Shown piece after piece: positions 1-11,530 of a stretch of DNA of 64,000 nt. Made by a program: the position numbers and the translations under genes. The stretch is taken from positions 70,781,515 to 70,845,514 of the forward strand of contig NC_090285.1 in assembly GCF_037392515.1 (NCBI RefSeq). Reading direction: 5' to 3'. The notes under the pieces are model-generated. The model worked only from the letters and a program-made list of their open reading frames with translations, did no database searches and was not told where the DNA came from. The stretch comes from Haliotis asinina. Taxonomy: Eukaryota. Numbering within the stretch: position 1 is the stretch's first letter; every line of letters begins with the position of its first letter.

Positions 1-400
1 TTCAGTAAAACTTGTTAGATATATGTGGCAGACCCCAAAGTGGTGACTTTTGGTATGTACAGGTTTTTGTGATTTTTTATTTTCTTGGTTTCCATGGAAA
101 CGTTTTTGACTTAGTCTCAAAAGTGAGAGGTGTGTTTTGTTTCCGGAGCAGAACCCTAAAACCGTTCAATATTTTTCTGCTAAACTTGGTAGATATACAA
201 GACAGATCTTGAAATGGTGACTTTTTGCTTATTACAGATATATGGCATTTATATTTTTCATGAATTCCATGGAAATAATTCAAACTTAATCTAAAAAAAT
301 AATAAGTAACTGTCAGATGATTTGTCCATTCAAACATGTTGGGGCCAGGGGGATATGTTATCTTCTGAGGACTCCTGTTACTTTTGATTGTTGATTTATT
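1..400. repeat. ~165-bp satellite-like repeat units, same family as 47500-48470 but in inverted orientation
   Basis: Shadow ORF 77-514(-) translates almost identically to ORF 47570-47854(+) (HGIHEKYKCHISVI...). Shared motifs ccatggaaac and caccactttgggg. Confidence 0.6.
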
Positions 401-469
401 GATTTTCACATTTTGCTTGTTTGACCGGACGATTTTCGAGTGAAACGAATACGTCCGAATAAGTGGGGT

Positions 470-655
470 TCGACAGTAGATGTATTTAATCCATGTTCCA
501 TGTATATAATCCATATTAGATGTATTCAGTCTGTAATGTATAACAAATGTCTTGTATGGTTGGCGAGTATTTTAATCGGTCATTCGCTGTTACAGGCCGG
601 TGAGTACATGACCCCTACAATGCCTTTTGCCTCCCAACTTTTAGTAGAATAAACA
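470..655. repeat. Dispersed repeat copy (paralogue of 5822-6010); serves as the empty site for the Tc1 insertion at 4511-5819
   Basis: cagtctgtaatgtaTAacaaatgtcttgtatggttggcgagtattttaatcggtcattcgctgttacag is nearly identical to the sequence flanking the Tc1 element. Confidence 0.6.
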
Positions 656-1087
656 TGCAACTTACAGACTACAAACTGTCTGGATGCTAAATATTATTCC
701 ATTTAGCACAACACATTAAACACTATCATATAGGAAATTGAGGACTTATATAAACTGAAAGCCATAAGAAATATAACACCTCTTCATATGTAAATAATTT
801 CCCTACCATGTCAAGTTGAAGAACCGATTTGTGTGTGCTACATAGATTGTTCATTTCACAAGAAGAGTAAGTAATGCTGTTTTTTGTATGATGCTCATGG
901 ACAGTGTTGAACCCATGTGTTTAAGAGTGGTATCAATCGTTCAGTTTGCGATCAATCACAGTAAACAAAAGAGACATTAAAAAAGGCAGAATTTAATGAA
1001 ATCTTAGATTAGTATCTGGTGTGTCCTCCATTGGCATTCAAACATGCCTGAACTCGAATACGTCTCCACTCATCCATTAGAGCAGCA

Positions 1088-1400
1088 CTAAGTTGTTGAT
1101 GTGTATGTGGCTGTTGCTGATGTAACCAGATCCGACAATTGAGGTAATCCCAGAGGTATTCGATGGGATTCATATCTCACAGGCCATGGCAAAACGTGAA
1201 CGTTGTTGATGTTGAGGAACTGTAACGTCTGTCTGACTACATGGGGTCGAGCATTATCCTGTGGGGAGAGGGTGTTAGGATTCTGCTGGGTGAACGGCAG
1301 GACCTCTGGCTGTAGAACCTGGTTGATGTACCTCTGTGCGGTGAGATTGCCGTCAATCACAATGAGGTTTGCTTTCCTGTCGCCAAGCATACCACCCCAG
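1088..1400 (-). mobile_element. Tc1/mariner transposase C-terminal (DDE) fragment
   Basis: Translation GSVMVWGG...SPQDNARPH...LPWP matches the Tc1 DDE signature. Truncated, no intact ORF. Confidence 0.7.
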
Positions 1401-1756
1401 ACCATAACGCTGCCTTCTCCAAAGGGTACAACTTCTTGCATCCCGTTGGTTTGCATCAACTATCTCCTCCAGTTTCATAGCTTTGGGAGCAGATGTTCTA
1501 GTGATGAAACTGACATACTGCTCTGCAACTTCTTCCTGCATTGATTGTTTTCCAACAGGCTTAGAATGACGTGACATGTAGTCTGCAGGATTGTCATTTC
1601 CAGCTCTGTATTTGATCGTCAGTTTGTAGTGTTGGAGCCTCAGGCCCCATTGTTCAATACGTAGAGGTGGGTTTGGTTTCATCCAAATATGTTCTGATGG
1701 CTTGTGATGTTATCACAGTGAAGTGTGGGGCACCACACAAGTACATGTTAAAATGT

Positions 1757-2218
1757 TCACAGGCCCATACCACTGCTAAGGTCTCTCGTTCTGTCTGGCT
1801 GTATCTGGACTCGACTTCTGCTAAGGCCTCTCGTTCGGTCTGGCTGTATCTGGACTAGACTTCTGCTGAGGCCTCTCATTCTGTCTGGCTGTATCTGGAC
1901 TCTACTTCTGCTAAGGCATCTCGTTCTGTCTGGCTGTATCTGGACTTGACTTCTGCTAAGGCCTCTGGTTCTGTCTGGCTGTATCTGGACTCTACTTCTG
2001 CTAAGGCATCTCGTTCTGTCTGGCTGTTTCTGGACTCGACTTCTGCTAAGGCATCTCGTTCTGTCTGGCTGTATCTGGACTTGACTTCTGTAAATGATCT
2101 TGTTGTTTTGTGTCAACATGGCTTCTAGACCATATGGGCTGGCATTCACAAAGATCTTGATGTTTTTCTTTGGATCAAAGTCTGTGTTTACACAGTTGTT
2201 AGACAGAGCTTCCTTCAA
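1757..2218 (-). CDS. RNase H fragment interrupted by a 45-bp tandem array
   Basis: FVNASPYGLEAMLTQ start of RNase H. The rest of the ORF is repeat-encoded (RSRVQIQPDRTRCLS)n. Confidence 0.55.
   Translation of the reverse strand: MKEALSNNCVNTDFDPKKNIKIFVNASPYGLEAMLTQNNKIIYRSQVQIQPDRTRCLSRSRVQKQPDRTRCLSRSRVQIQPDRTRGLSRSQVQIQPDRTRCLSRSRVQIQPDRMRGLSRSLVQIQPDRTRGLSRSRVQIQPDRTRDLSSGMGL
1775..2095. repeat. 45-bp minisatellite, ~7 copies
   Basis: Unit ggctgtatctggactcgacttctgctaaggcctctcgttctgtct repeated head-to-tail. Confidence 0.9.
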
Positions 2219-2254
2219 AGTGTGGAATCCACTGTCTTGCTCATCTTTCCAGTT

Positions 2255-2777
2255 CTATTCACAGTCTTTTTTGGTGAGTCTTCGAAGTTCTGATATTGTT
2301 GCATAATCTTTGATGAATCCTCCACAGTAGTTTGTCATGCCATGGAACCTTTTGACCTCACTGACGTTTCCTGGTTTGTCTGTATTCTGTATGACATCAA
2401 CTGTCTTGGGGTCAGGTGAGACACCTTCTTGACTGAAGACTAAACCAACAAACTCTATTGTGTCTTTGTAAATCTTTTCCTTGTTAAGTGTTAACCCGCT
2501 GTATCTCAGTCCTTGACATACTGCATCAAGTGCTTCGTCATGTTCTCCAGTGGTTCTGCCATACACTATGATATCATCACTACAGTTCTTGGAGTATGTC
2601 TCTTATGACAGTTCTGATTTCTTCTTGGAAGACTTCGGATGCGGAAGACACTCCGAAACTCAGCCTCTTGTATCTGTATAATGCTATGTGCGTACTGAAT
2701 GTTGTGATTTGACGCGATTCAGGATGTAGCAGCAACTGGTGATATCCAGAGCGCAGATCAAGTTTACCGAACACCAT
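2255..2777 (-). CDS. Reverse transcriptase fragment (Ty3/gypsy type), two frames
   Basis: KLDLRSGYHQ, TFSTHIALYRYKRLSFGVSSA, LTLNKEKIYKDTIEFVGLVFSQEGVSPDPKTV. Confidence 0.8.
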
Positions 2778-3023
2778 TTAAGTCGTTTTTAATTTCACCA
2801 ATTGTTGGACATTGATGTCGTTCTTGCTATATTGCTTTGTTGGCTGATCTCATGTCCACACAGATTCTTATATCAGTTCCGTTCTTCTTGGGTGTGACAA
2901 TGGGGGAAAGTAAAGGTGTGGGGCTTGTCCCTCTCAATGATGTCAGCCTCAAGAAGCTTGTTAAGTTCTTTCTCCACTTTCTCTTGTAAATGTGTGTTTG
3001 AGCTATGGGTTTGACGGTCGGAT

Positions 3024-3632
3024 CTATGTGAAGTTTGAATAGTGGAATAGTTCTGGATATTTAGTAATTGGGGATACTTGTCTAATGATCTTTATGAGTC
3101 TTAGTGACTGGGCTGTTTCATTTCCTAACAATGATCCAAGTGTCCCTTCAGCAACACAGAATTTGTGTAATTGTGTCATTGCACTTGTTTCCTCTAGCAG
3201 GTCACATTGTCCTAGAATCCTGACAGGTTGATTTGTTCCATAGGGATAAAGCTTTGCACTTTTATTTCTGTATAATCTTGGACTGCCAATCTTTCTGTAT
3301 AACTTTTCATTGATAATGTTCTCTGAAGTCCTTGTATCAACCATGACGCTACACATTTCACTGTTAATGTTCACATCAACCACTGCAGATTTTGAGTCCT
3401 TCATGTGCCATATGTTGTTTATTGACTTGCTGATAAGGCAGCAGTATCCATCTTCTGATGTGTCACTGTGTCTTCTGATCACGTTCACATGACTCTTTTT
3501 CTTCCGTAGTTTAATGCAAGCTTTCATAAAATGATTAGGCTTTTTGCAAAAGTTACAAGTCTTTCCCTTGGCTGGACACTCTCCATGATGTGGATATTCA
3601 CCCCCATAGTACAAACATTTTGACTTGTCCAC
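3024..3632 (-). CDS. gag nucleocapsid CCHC zinc knuckle plus protease-region fragment
   Basis: CNFCKKPNHFMKAC has C-x2-C-x4-H-x4-C spacing. Downstream VDTRTS lies in the protease position. Confidence 0.6.
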   Translation of the reverse strand: MDKSKCLYYGGEYPHHGECPAKGKTCNFCKKPNHFMKACIKLRKKKSHVNVIRRHSDTSEDGYCCLISKSINNIWHMKDSKSAVVDVNINSEMCSVMVDTRTSENIINEKLYRKIGSPRLYRNKSAKLYPYGTNQPVRILGQCDLLEETSAMTQLHKFCVAEGTLGSLLGNETAQSLRLIKIIRQVSPITKYPELFHYSNFT

Positions 3633-3736
3633 TTTAAATGGTGCAGTTAGTTGTGACTCATTTTCTTTGTTGTGTTGTTTTCCTCTGTCTTGTTCTGAGC
3701 TACTGTATCTTGATTCATGTTTCTTCTTGTTTCTTC

Positions 3737-3988
3737 TTATTTTGGGCGTAATTTGTTCACTGCTGCACGCTCCTCACTTTCCATAGCACTAGCTTGTGAG
3801 TCAGCCATTTCTACCGTCCTCCCCATTTCCATGATATCTTTGAGTGATTTCCCTGTTTCACGTAGTACACGCCGTCTCAGTCTGTGTGATGAACAATGTT
3901 GAATCAGTTGAGAAAGAATGTCTTTCTCAACATCATGAAACCCACATTTTTTGGATAATTTTCTCAGTTCTCTCACCCATTCATCCAA
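3737..3988 (-). CDS. Retrotransposon gag fragment
   Basis: 83-aa ORF, gag-like helical segment upstream of the zinc knuckle. Confidence 0.4.
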   Translation of the reverse strand: MDEWVRELRKLSKKCGFHDVEKDILSQLIQHCSSHRLRRRVLRETGKSLKDIMEMGRTVEMADSQASAMESEERAAVNKLRPK

Positions 3989-4189
3989 TGACTGTCCTAG
4001 CTTCTGTTTACAATTTCTAAATTTGAAAATTTCCTTTTGAACATTCGTGTGCGGATCAAAGTAGTCAGACAGTCAGTATCTTCTTAGTGTTTGCATAAGT
4101 CTGTATTCCATCACCGCTGTTAGCCATATATATATCGTACACAGACTCGCCAGCATAATGTAACAAATGCACACGTTTTTGACATTGTC

Positions 4190-4310
4190 CTTTAGTTTCA
4201 TTGCAACAAACATTATCTCTAGCTTTTCAACATATTTCTTCCATTGTCCTTTAGTTTCATTGCAACAAGCATTATCTCTAGCCTTTCAACATATTTCTTC
4301 CGTCCAGACT
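4190..4310. repeat. ~60-bp tandem duplication, 2 copies
   Basis: ttgtcctttagtttcattgcaacaa(a/g)cattatctctagc(t/c)tttcaacatatttcttcc appears twice. Confidence 0.85.
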
Positions 4311-4510
4311 CTACACTGCTCTTGTCAGAATCAAGGAGGAAAGAATGGAATGCCTGTCTGATCCTTCATTTTCGCGCACTACTACTGTTGACGTGTTTAC
4401 TGTTAGATCCTCTGAATCTCACGACTGTTGTACACAAAAGTCTGTTTGTACATACAGTTCATCTGTTTATGGGGTTTCTCGTAGTTTCCGCTCATCGCCA
4501 GTGTAATGTA

Positions 4511-5819
4511 TACTACCGACAAGAAATAAGGGAACTAATGAAATAATAGCGAATTTGAAACTGCTTTAAATATCCACTAAATCAATTTTAGGCGTCAAGT
4601 TCAATATCTGGTGTGTCCACCATGTTGGGCAACACATTCACGGCACCTTGATGGCATGCTGTAAAATCAATTTCCAGATGGTTGCCCGTGGTATTGCCCG
4701 CCATTCCTCTTGGAGAGCTGCACCAAGCTGGGCCAGGTTGGCGGGTCCTGGGTCCCTGGCGTACACCCTTCGACCAAGAACGTCCCAGAGATGTTCAATT
4801 GGGGACAGGGCCAGTCCAATGTCTGGATACCTTCATGTCGGAGATAAGCGGAGCTGGAGACAATTCGGGCCCGATGTGGTCTGGCATTATCATCTTGAAA
4901 TACAAAATTTCTGTCGATAACTCTAGCCAATGGAGCCACAACAGGACGCAATATTTGGTCAACATATCGCTGACCAGTCATGGCTCCATTAATGATGACC
5001 AAATCTGATCGTCTGTCATGTGTAATCCAACCCCAAACCATGACACTACCACCTCCATATCGATCATGGTCAAGAATTGCTGCTCTGGCATATCGCTCCC
5101 CGCTCTGTCGCCAACAACGTTTTCTGCCATCTGTGAATCGTAGGCAAAACCTTGACTCATCAGAGAACATGGTGTAACGCCAGTGACGCATAGCCCGTCC
5201 CTGATGCTGCCTAGCCCATGCCAATCTTTGGCGCTTATGGTGAGCTGGAAGGGTGACACCCTTAAAAGGCCGTCTTCCTTTCAGACGAGCTTGATAGAGT
5301 CGGTTGAGGTTGAAATGCGTCTTCCAGTGAGTGTGCGGAATTCTCTATTGATGGCAGGGGCCGATTTAAACCTATCGCGTAGAGCAATTAACGTAATGAG
5401 ACGATCCTGTCGTGGTGTCGTTGCAACCTCACCCGTTTGACGGTACTTATCTCACAGGTGTGAAATTACACTTTTTGATTTACCCATCTGCCGGGCAACT
5501 TCACATAATGATGTTCCCCCCCCCCCCCCCCCTCTATCATCCCCACAATTCTCCATTTTGTTGCTTCACCGAGATACTGCCTCGGAGGCATTTCTGTCAG
5601 TAAGTGTCAATCTCTATTGCATTAGTGATTGCGACTTCTCCAGTACATTTACAGGAGTTAACTTCTGTATGCACGTGTAGCACGTGCTGGGCATGCATTA
5701 TGCGAAATTCCATTGTCATTGGATGTTGCGTTTGGGAGATACGCCACGATAACGGACCCTGTCACAGTCAAAGTCATCTACATTCAATTTCTGGTTTCCC
5801 TTATTTTCTGTCGGTAGTA
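4511..5819 (-). mobile_element. Tc1-like DNA transposon, ~1.3 kb, degenerate transposase, TIRs and TA target duplication
   Basis: Left end tactaccgacaagaaataagggaa is the reverse complement of the right end ttcccttattttctgtcggtagta. TA at 4509-4510 and 5820-5821. Internal DDE transposase ORFs. Confidence 0.8.
4667..5224 (-). pseudogene. Tc1/mariner transposase DDE domain (frameshifted)
   Basis: FSDESRF, GGGSVMVWG, FQDDNARPH, DWPCPQLN. N-terminal part in other frames at 4978-5440. C17 run at 5517-5533. Confidence 0.8.
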
Positions 5820-5821
5820 TA

Positions 5822-6010
5822 TAACAAATGTCTTGTATGGTTGGCGAGTATTTTAATCGGTCATTCGCTGTTACAGTCCGGCAAGCACATGGCCCCCCAC
5901 AATGCCTTTCGGCTTCCCTCTTCCATAGACTATCGGATTCTACTTAACCGGACCAAAACACTACACAATCCATGTTACATGTATATAATCCATGTTCGAT
6001 GTGTATAACC
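5822..6010. repeat. Dispersed repeat copy that carries the Tc1 insertion (paralogue of 470-655)
   Basis: taacaaatgtcttgtatggttggcgagtattttaatcggtcattcgctgttacag plus a catgttacatgtatataatccatgttcgatgtgtataac block. Confidence 0.6.
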
Positions 6011-6229
6011 CACAGATGTATATTCTTTGCTGCGTTACTTTGTTCTTGCATTGTTCTTTTAAGAATCTGAGCTGAAACATTGCATCATAATATAATAAAG
6101 GAGTTGTCATTCATGAAATATCTTGCATTTATTGTAACCAGATCAGTGATTGCATTAAATATATTGACTCAAGGTTGTGCTGTGGTATATTTCAGATACT
6201 GTGACACAGTTTTCATCAGATGAGCTGCA

Positions 6230-7780
6230 ATCACGAACCTTGGATGTGTATGATCCATCATCCAGGTATTCACCCACTTGCCCGAGCTATTCACCGACTT
6301 CACCCAGGTACTCTCCAACTTCACCCAGCTACTCACCAACGTCACCTAGGTACTCACCAACTATGCCCAGGTACTCTCCAACTTCACCTAGGTATTCACC
6401 GACTATGCCCAGGTACTCTCCGACTTCACCTAGGTATTCACCGACTATGCCCAGGTACTCTCCGACTTCACCCAGGTACTCACCAACTTCACATAGGTAC
6501 TCACTGATTGTGCCAAGGCACTCAGTGACTTCACCCATCTACTCACTGACTTCAGCCAGGTACTCACCAACATCACCAGCTACTCGCTGACTACTCCCAT
6601 CTACTTAAGACTTCACTGAGGTACTCACCCTGGTACTTACCAGTTTCAGCCAGCTACTCATTGACTTTACCCAGGTACTCACTGACTTCACTGAGGCACA
6701 CACTGACTCCACCTAGTTACTCAATGATGTCATTCAGGCCAGTTACTGACAGACTACTCCCAGGTACACACTGTCTTCACCCATTTAGTCACTGACTGCA
6801 CCCAGCTACTTACCCACATCAACCAGCTACTCACCCAGTTACTCACCAACCACACAGATACTCACTGATTTTGCCCATTTACGCACAGACTATTCCAAGG
6901 TACTCACTGACCTCAACCTGCTGCACTTCAACCTGCCACTCACAGACTACTTCGAGGTACACACCGACCTCAACCAGCTACACTTCAACCTGCCACTCAC
7001 AGACTACTTCGAGGTACACACCGACCTCAACCAGCTACACTTCAACCTGCCACTCACAGACTATTCCAAGGTACACACCGACCTCAACCAGCTACACTTC
7101 AACCTGCCACTCACAGACTACTACCAGGTACACACTGACTTCACCCAGCTACTCACAGACTTCAACTTGCTACTCACAGACCACATCCAAGTACTTACTG
7201 CAGCCTTCACCCAGTTAGTCACTGACTTTAACCAGGTGCTCACGACTACTCCCATGTACTCACTGACTTCACGCAACAACTATCTGACTATTCCAAGCTA
7301 CTTATTGACTTCATCCTGCCACTCACTGACTTCACCCAGGTACACACTGCCTTCACCCAGGTACTCACTGACTATAACCAGGTGCTCACAGACTACTCCC
7401 AGGTACTGACTTCATCCAGGTACACGCTGCCTTCACCCAGGTACTCACTGACTATAACCAGGTGCTTACAGACTACTCCCAGGTACTGACTTCACCCAGG
7501 TACACGCTGCCTTCACCCAGGTACTCACTGACTATAACCAGGTGCTCACAGACTACTACCAGGTACTGACTTCACCCAGGTACACGCTGCCTTCACCCAG
7601 GTACACACTGACTATAACCAGGTGCTCACAGACTACTACCAGGTACTGACTTCACCCAGGTACACGCTGCCTTCACCCAGGTACTCACTGACTATAACCA
7701 GGTGCTCACAGACTACTACCAGGTACTGACTTCACCCAGGTACTTACTGACATCAATGAGGTATTCACCGACTACTCAAA
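6230..7780. repeat. Satellite: 21-bp units (6250-6560) degrading into an ~80-bp higher-order repeat (7290-7750)
   Basis: cccaggtactctccgacttca / cctaggtattcaccgactatg units. ggtgctcacagactact... recurs every 80 bp. Confidence 0.9.
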
Positions 7781-8399
7781 ACTACACATCAATTTCATCC
7801 AGCTATATACTGACTTTACGCAACTACTCAGCAAGACCACAGAGGTACTAACAATCTGCTGCAAATTACTCAGTGACATCACCTAACAACACACTGGTCA
7901 CTGACACTTACTTACCGCTAACTACCACTCATCGGCCCCTCACCTCAAGTTGACATATACACATGGAAAGATGTTTTTCAACACTGATGACTTTTAACTG
8001 GTATATAGCAGTATATGTTCATACTAGGGCAGGCATCGCATGCAATATGTATGTCCAAAGTTGTGTGTATGTATAAAGTTGAAGTAAACTGTTCTTACCG
8101 TTCAGTAGCTGGGAAAATCAGCTGAGGGCTTCCTCAACTGACAAAGATGGTTAGTTGTTGGAGTGAGGAGGAAACAGAGGGATGTTGCAAGAGATGTTGG
8201 TGGTCATCCATTGACTAGTTTGCTGTTTAGCCAAAGATCACAATGAAACTAATGATTTTAAGGTAGGCCAGTGTTCAGGCCTATTGCAAGTCACAACTCG
8301 AAGGAAGCATACAGCCTTCCCTGGCTTCCACATTGTCGTTGGTCCAACAAAAGTCTCCAAATGACCTGTGGTACACAGTGAAAAATAAACTAAAACTTA

Positions 8400-8800
8400 C
8401 ATAGATTTTGACGTAGCTTTCAACCAACTAAACATGAAATCCCCTTTTAACCAGCTGAATGTGAAATCCCATTTCAACCAACTAAACATGAAATCCCCTT
8501 TTAACCAAGGGAATGTGAAATCCCCTTTTAACCAACTGAATGTGAAATCCCCTCTTAACCAACTAAATGTGAAATCCCCTTTTAACTAACTGAACATGAA
8601 ATCCCCTTTTAACCAAGTGAATGTGAAATCCCCTTTTAACCAACTGAATGTGAAATCCTCTTTTAACCAACTGAACATGAAATTCCCTTTCCACCAACTG
8701 AATGTGAAATCCCTTTTAACCAACTAAACATGAAATCCCCTTTCAACCAACAAATTGTGAAATACCCTTTCAACCAACTGAATGTGAAATCCCATTTTTA
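8400..8800. repeat. ~39-40-bp minisatellite, ~10 copies
   Basis: gaatgtgaaatccccttttaaccaact(g/a)aa(c/t)atgaaatcccc repeated. Confidence 0.9.
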
Positions 8801-10061
8801 ATGTAATGAGAAATGCAAAATATGCCAACAAGTAATGAGGTTTGAACTAAATTTGAAAAAAACCCTGTCTATTTAGCAAATGTTAAATGTTAATATGTAA
8901 CTCTCTCAGATATGTCTGTTTATGTTTCTATTTTATCTATGCTATTCTAGTTTAAACATATCAGTTTGAGAGAGCTACCTATTTACCTGTCACTAGAGCT
9001 TACAACTCAACATCCACCCCCTGTCAAACTACACACTATCGAACGTTGAATACAGCATGAAACGTTAATGCAGAGTGGTTAGGTTTATGCTATGAAACAG
9101 TGGTGTACGAGAACGTCCTTTCTGTGCCGGACCCTTCAGAACAAGCTGCATATACAGCCCATTGTTATGTGTGGGGTACAAAGCAGCATCATGTGCTTGG
9201 GGTCAAGTACGTCACTTCAGTTTGAGGTGATGGAGAAGGGTGGACACGTCAGAGGAAAGTTGATTTCTTTTTTCATGACTCATGTCTGAGCTCGTAATTG
9301 GTGCCATAGGAGCACTGCATGTGCTCGAAGGAATACATGAGCAATCCTCCAGGACAAAATCTTGATGTACTGGTTCAATCCCTTCATCACGAATGGACCA
9401 CAATAATTGTAAGATTCAGTGTCTGATAGTCATTGAGGATGAGGGTGAGGGATGGTCTTGCAGATGGCAGAGGTTACATCAGATTTTGACACTGTGCTTT
9501 GCTATTAATACTTTTGTGATTTCTTGAAAATTGTTGGCCAGATTCTTGAAAATGGCTGTTTGTAGTTTGTCATGATTGCTTCTATGGATGCACTATAGTT
9601 TTTCATTGTTTATGTGCTTAGATTTGCTATATTGTTATTCTTTGAGGTTCAGTGTATCCAGATAGTTAGTTGAACTGAGGTTTGGATAAGTTCCCTTGCT
9701 ATGGTGAATACGAACATATTAACACTAAGAAATATTTTGGATGTTACAATGATTTTTTCCCACGTGTATGTTATGTATGTGATTCCAGGAATGTGATTTG
9801 AAATCTGCTCACAGATGGTTGACTATAAAAGTAGTGGTCATCTTAAACATGTAGACTCCACATTTCTGCATTTAGTATTTTATGAAATTTGAAATTAATT
9901 TGAAACACTGTATTTGTTGAGTGACTAACCGAACCAAATTTATTTCTGGATTGACTGAAGTGTTCAAGTGATGCTGCTTATACTGCCCTGTCTGACTGAA
10001 CATGGTATTGTCTTGTGTTCTTCTCTTCATGTTTCTCATATGACTTCCTGTTCTGTCTCGG

Positions 10062-10150
10062 GCTATGGGGTAGCCAAGTGGCTTGTCATGCCAAACACCC
10101 GGGGAGATTCCCAACATGGGTGCAATATGTGAAGCCCATTTCTGGTGTTC
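10062..10150 (+). mobile_element. tRNA-derived SINE, 5' head
   Basis: gggtagccaagtggcttgtcatgcc...gtgtgaagcccatttctggtg shared with copies at 11365, 50722, 51425, 52905, 55910, 56300. Confidence 0.7.
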
Positions 10151-10440
10151 CCCCAGTGTGATATTGCTGGAATATTGCTAAAAGTGGCATATCAGCCGAT
10201 TTCCGGTGTCCCCCGCCGTGATATCGCTGGAATATTGCTAAAAGTGGCATATCAGCCGATTTCTGGTGCCCCCCCGCCTGGATATCGCTGGAATATTACT
10301 GAAAGTGGCATATTAGCCGATTTCTGGTGTCCCCCCCCATGATATTGCTGGAATATTACTGAAAGTGGCATATTAGCCGATTTCTGGTGTCCCCCGCCAT
10401 GATATCGCTGGAATATTACTGAAAGTGACATTAAACCAAA
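10145..10440. repeat. 60-bp tandem array (~5 copies) derived from the SINE central domain
   Basis: gccgatttctggtgtcccccgccatgatatcgctggaatattgctaaaagtggcatatca repeated. Same motif as the SINE core. Confidence 0.85.
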
Positions 10441-10472
10441 TTCACTCACTCCTATTCCTTGTCACTCCACAG

Positions 10473-10887
10473 GAGTCATCGGTCAGCTGACACAAGGACG
10501 TCTCCGGAGAGAGACTCGCCGCACTTACATGTGTTTAAAAGAAGCAGCAGGATGTTTCCAATGAAAGAGAAGGAGGATTCAAAATCACGTGAATTCCGAT
10601 TCAAAATTGCCCAGAGTGAGGAAGAAACTGAATGCCTGGCTCTTTTAGGAGAAAAAAAATGTAAGAAAAAACAATGTAAGAAAAAGGCCGCACTAGGAGA
10701 GTTATCTGAAACTAGACCAAAGGATTCGAGTGATGAACCCTTGTCAGGCATTGTGCAGGATAAGAATGCAGTGCATACAGTGGTGTTGCCAGTGATGGAG
10801 TTGGGTGTCGGCCTGCCATGTATACGGGAGTACAGAGTGGAACTGAATGCTGCTCGCATATCAACACTTCTTACCCTACAACAAAAG
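10473..10887 (+). CDS. Candidate internal coding exon (138 codons) of an unknown gene
   Basis: Open frame bounded by the acceptor ttccttgtcactccacag|G and the donor AAG|gtaggt. Lys/Glu/Ser-rich product, no family recognised. Confidence 0.3.
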
Positions 10888-11059
10888 GTAGGTCTACAAG
10901 CTGCATGTCATCCAAATCTGTAATGAAAAGTAAGCAATATGTCCTTAACAGAAAGGTTCTAGAAGGAACAGCTGACAGCACAGGACTTTTCTCTAGAATC
11001 CTAGGTACCTGTATTGGAATGTTCAGGTGGGTTCATACAGTACAAGCCTCACAAAACTC

Positions 11060-11330
11060 CACAACAATGTGACTCGGGGTAGGGGAAAGATTAAATTTCT
11101 GACTAAACTAAACAACAACGTGACTCAGGGGTAGGGGAAAGATTAAATTTCTGACAAAACTCCACAACAACATGACTTGGGGTAGGGGAAAGATTAAATC
11201 TGTAGCAAAACTCCACAACAATGTGACTTGGGGTAGAAGAAAGATTAAATTTCTGACAAAACTCCACAACAACGTGACTCGAGGGTAGGGGAAAGATTAA
11301 ATTTCCGACAAAACTCTTTTCAAAGACTCT
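11060..11330. repeat. ~60-bp minisatellite, ~5 copies
   Basis: gtgactcggggtaggggaaagattaaatttctgac(a/t)aaactccacaacaa repeated. Confidence 0.85.
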
Positions 11331-11364
11331 AGTCTCATACTAGAGTGAATGAGTGAGTATAGTT

Positions 11365-11530
11365 TTATACTGTTTTTAGAAATCTTGCAGCAATACGACA
11401 GTGAGGGACACCAGAAATGAGCATCACACATTGTATCATGGAAGAATCAAACCAGTCTTCATTGTGACAAGCAGAAGTTTTAACCACCAGGCTACCCCAC
11501 CACCCCCTCTTATTTGTAGAACCCAGTGCA
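11365..11530 (-). mobile_element. tRNA-derived SINE copy (reverse orientation)
   Basis: Reverse complement gives gggggtggtggggtagcctggtggttaaaacttctgcttgtcaca...gtgtgatgctcatttctggtgtccctcactgtcgtattgctgcaagatt. Confidence 0.7.

Larger units (their letters stand above)
1353..3988 (-). mobile_element. Degenerate Ty3/gypsy-like LTR-retrotransposon internal region (gag - NC/PR - RT - RNase H), no LTRs seen
   Basis: Order on the minus strand: gag-like 3988-3737, CCHC knuckle 3632-3024, RT KLDLRSGYHQ 2777-2255, RNase H 2218-1757, IKYRAGNDNPADYMSR 1682-1353. Frameshifts between segments. Confidence 0.75.

Noticed and set aside
6177-6590. RNA polymerase II largest-subunit CTD exon
   Set aside because: Near-identical 21-bp DNA units, no flanking RPB1 exons, and the array continues as non-coding variants. 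Treated as a satellite; coincidence noted in findings.
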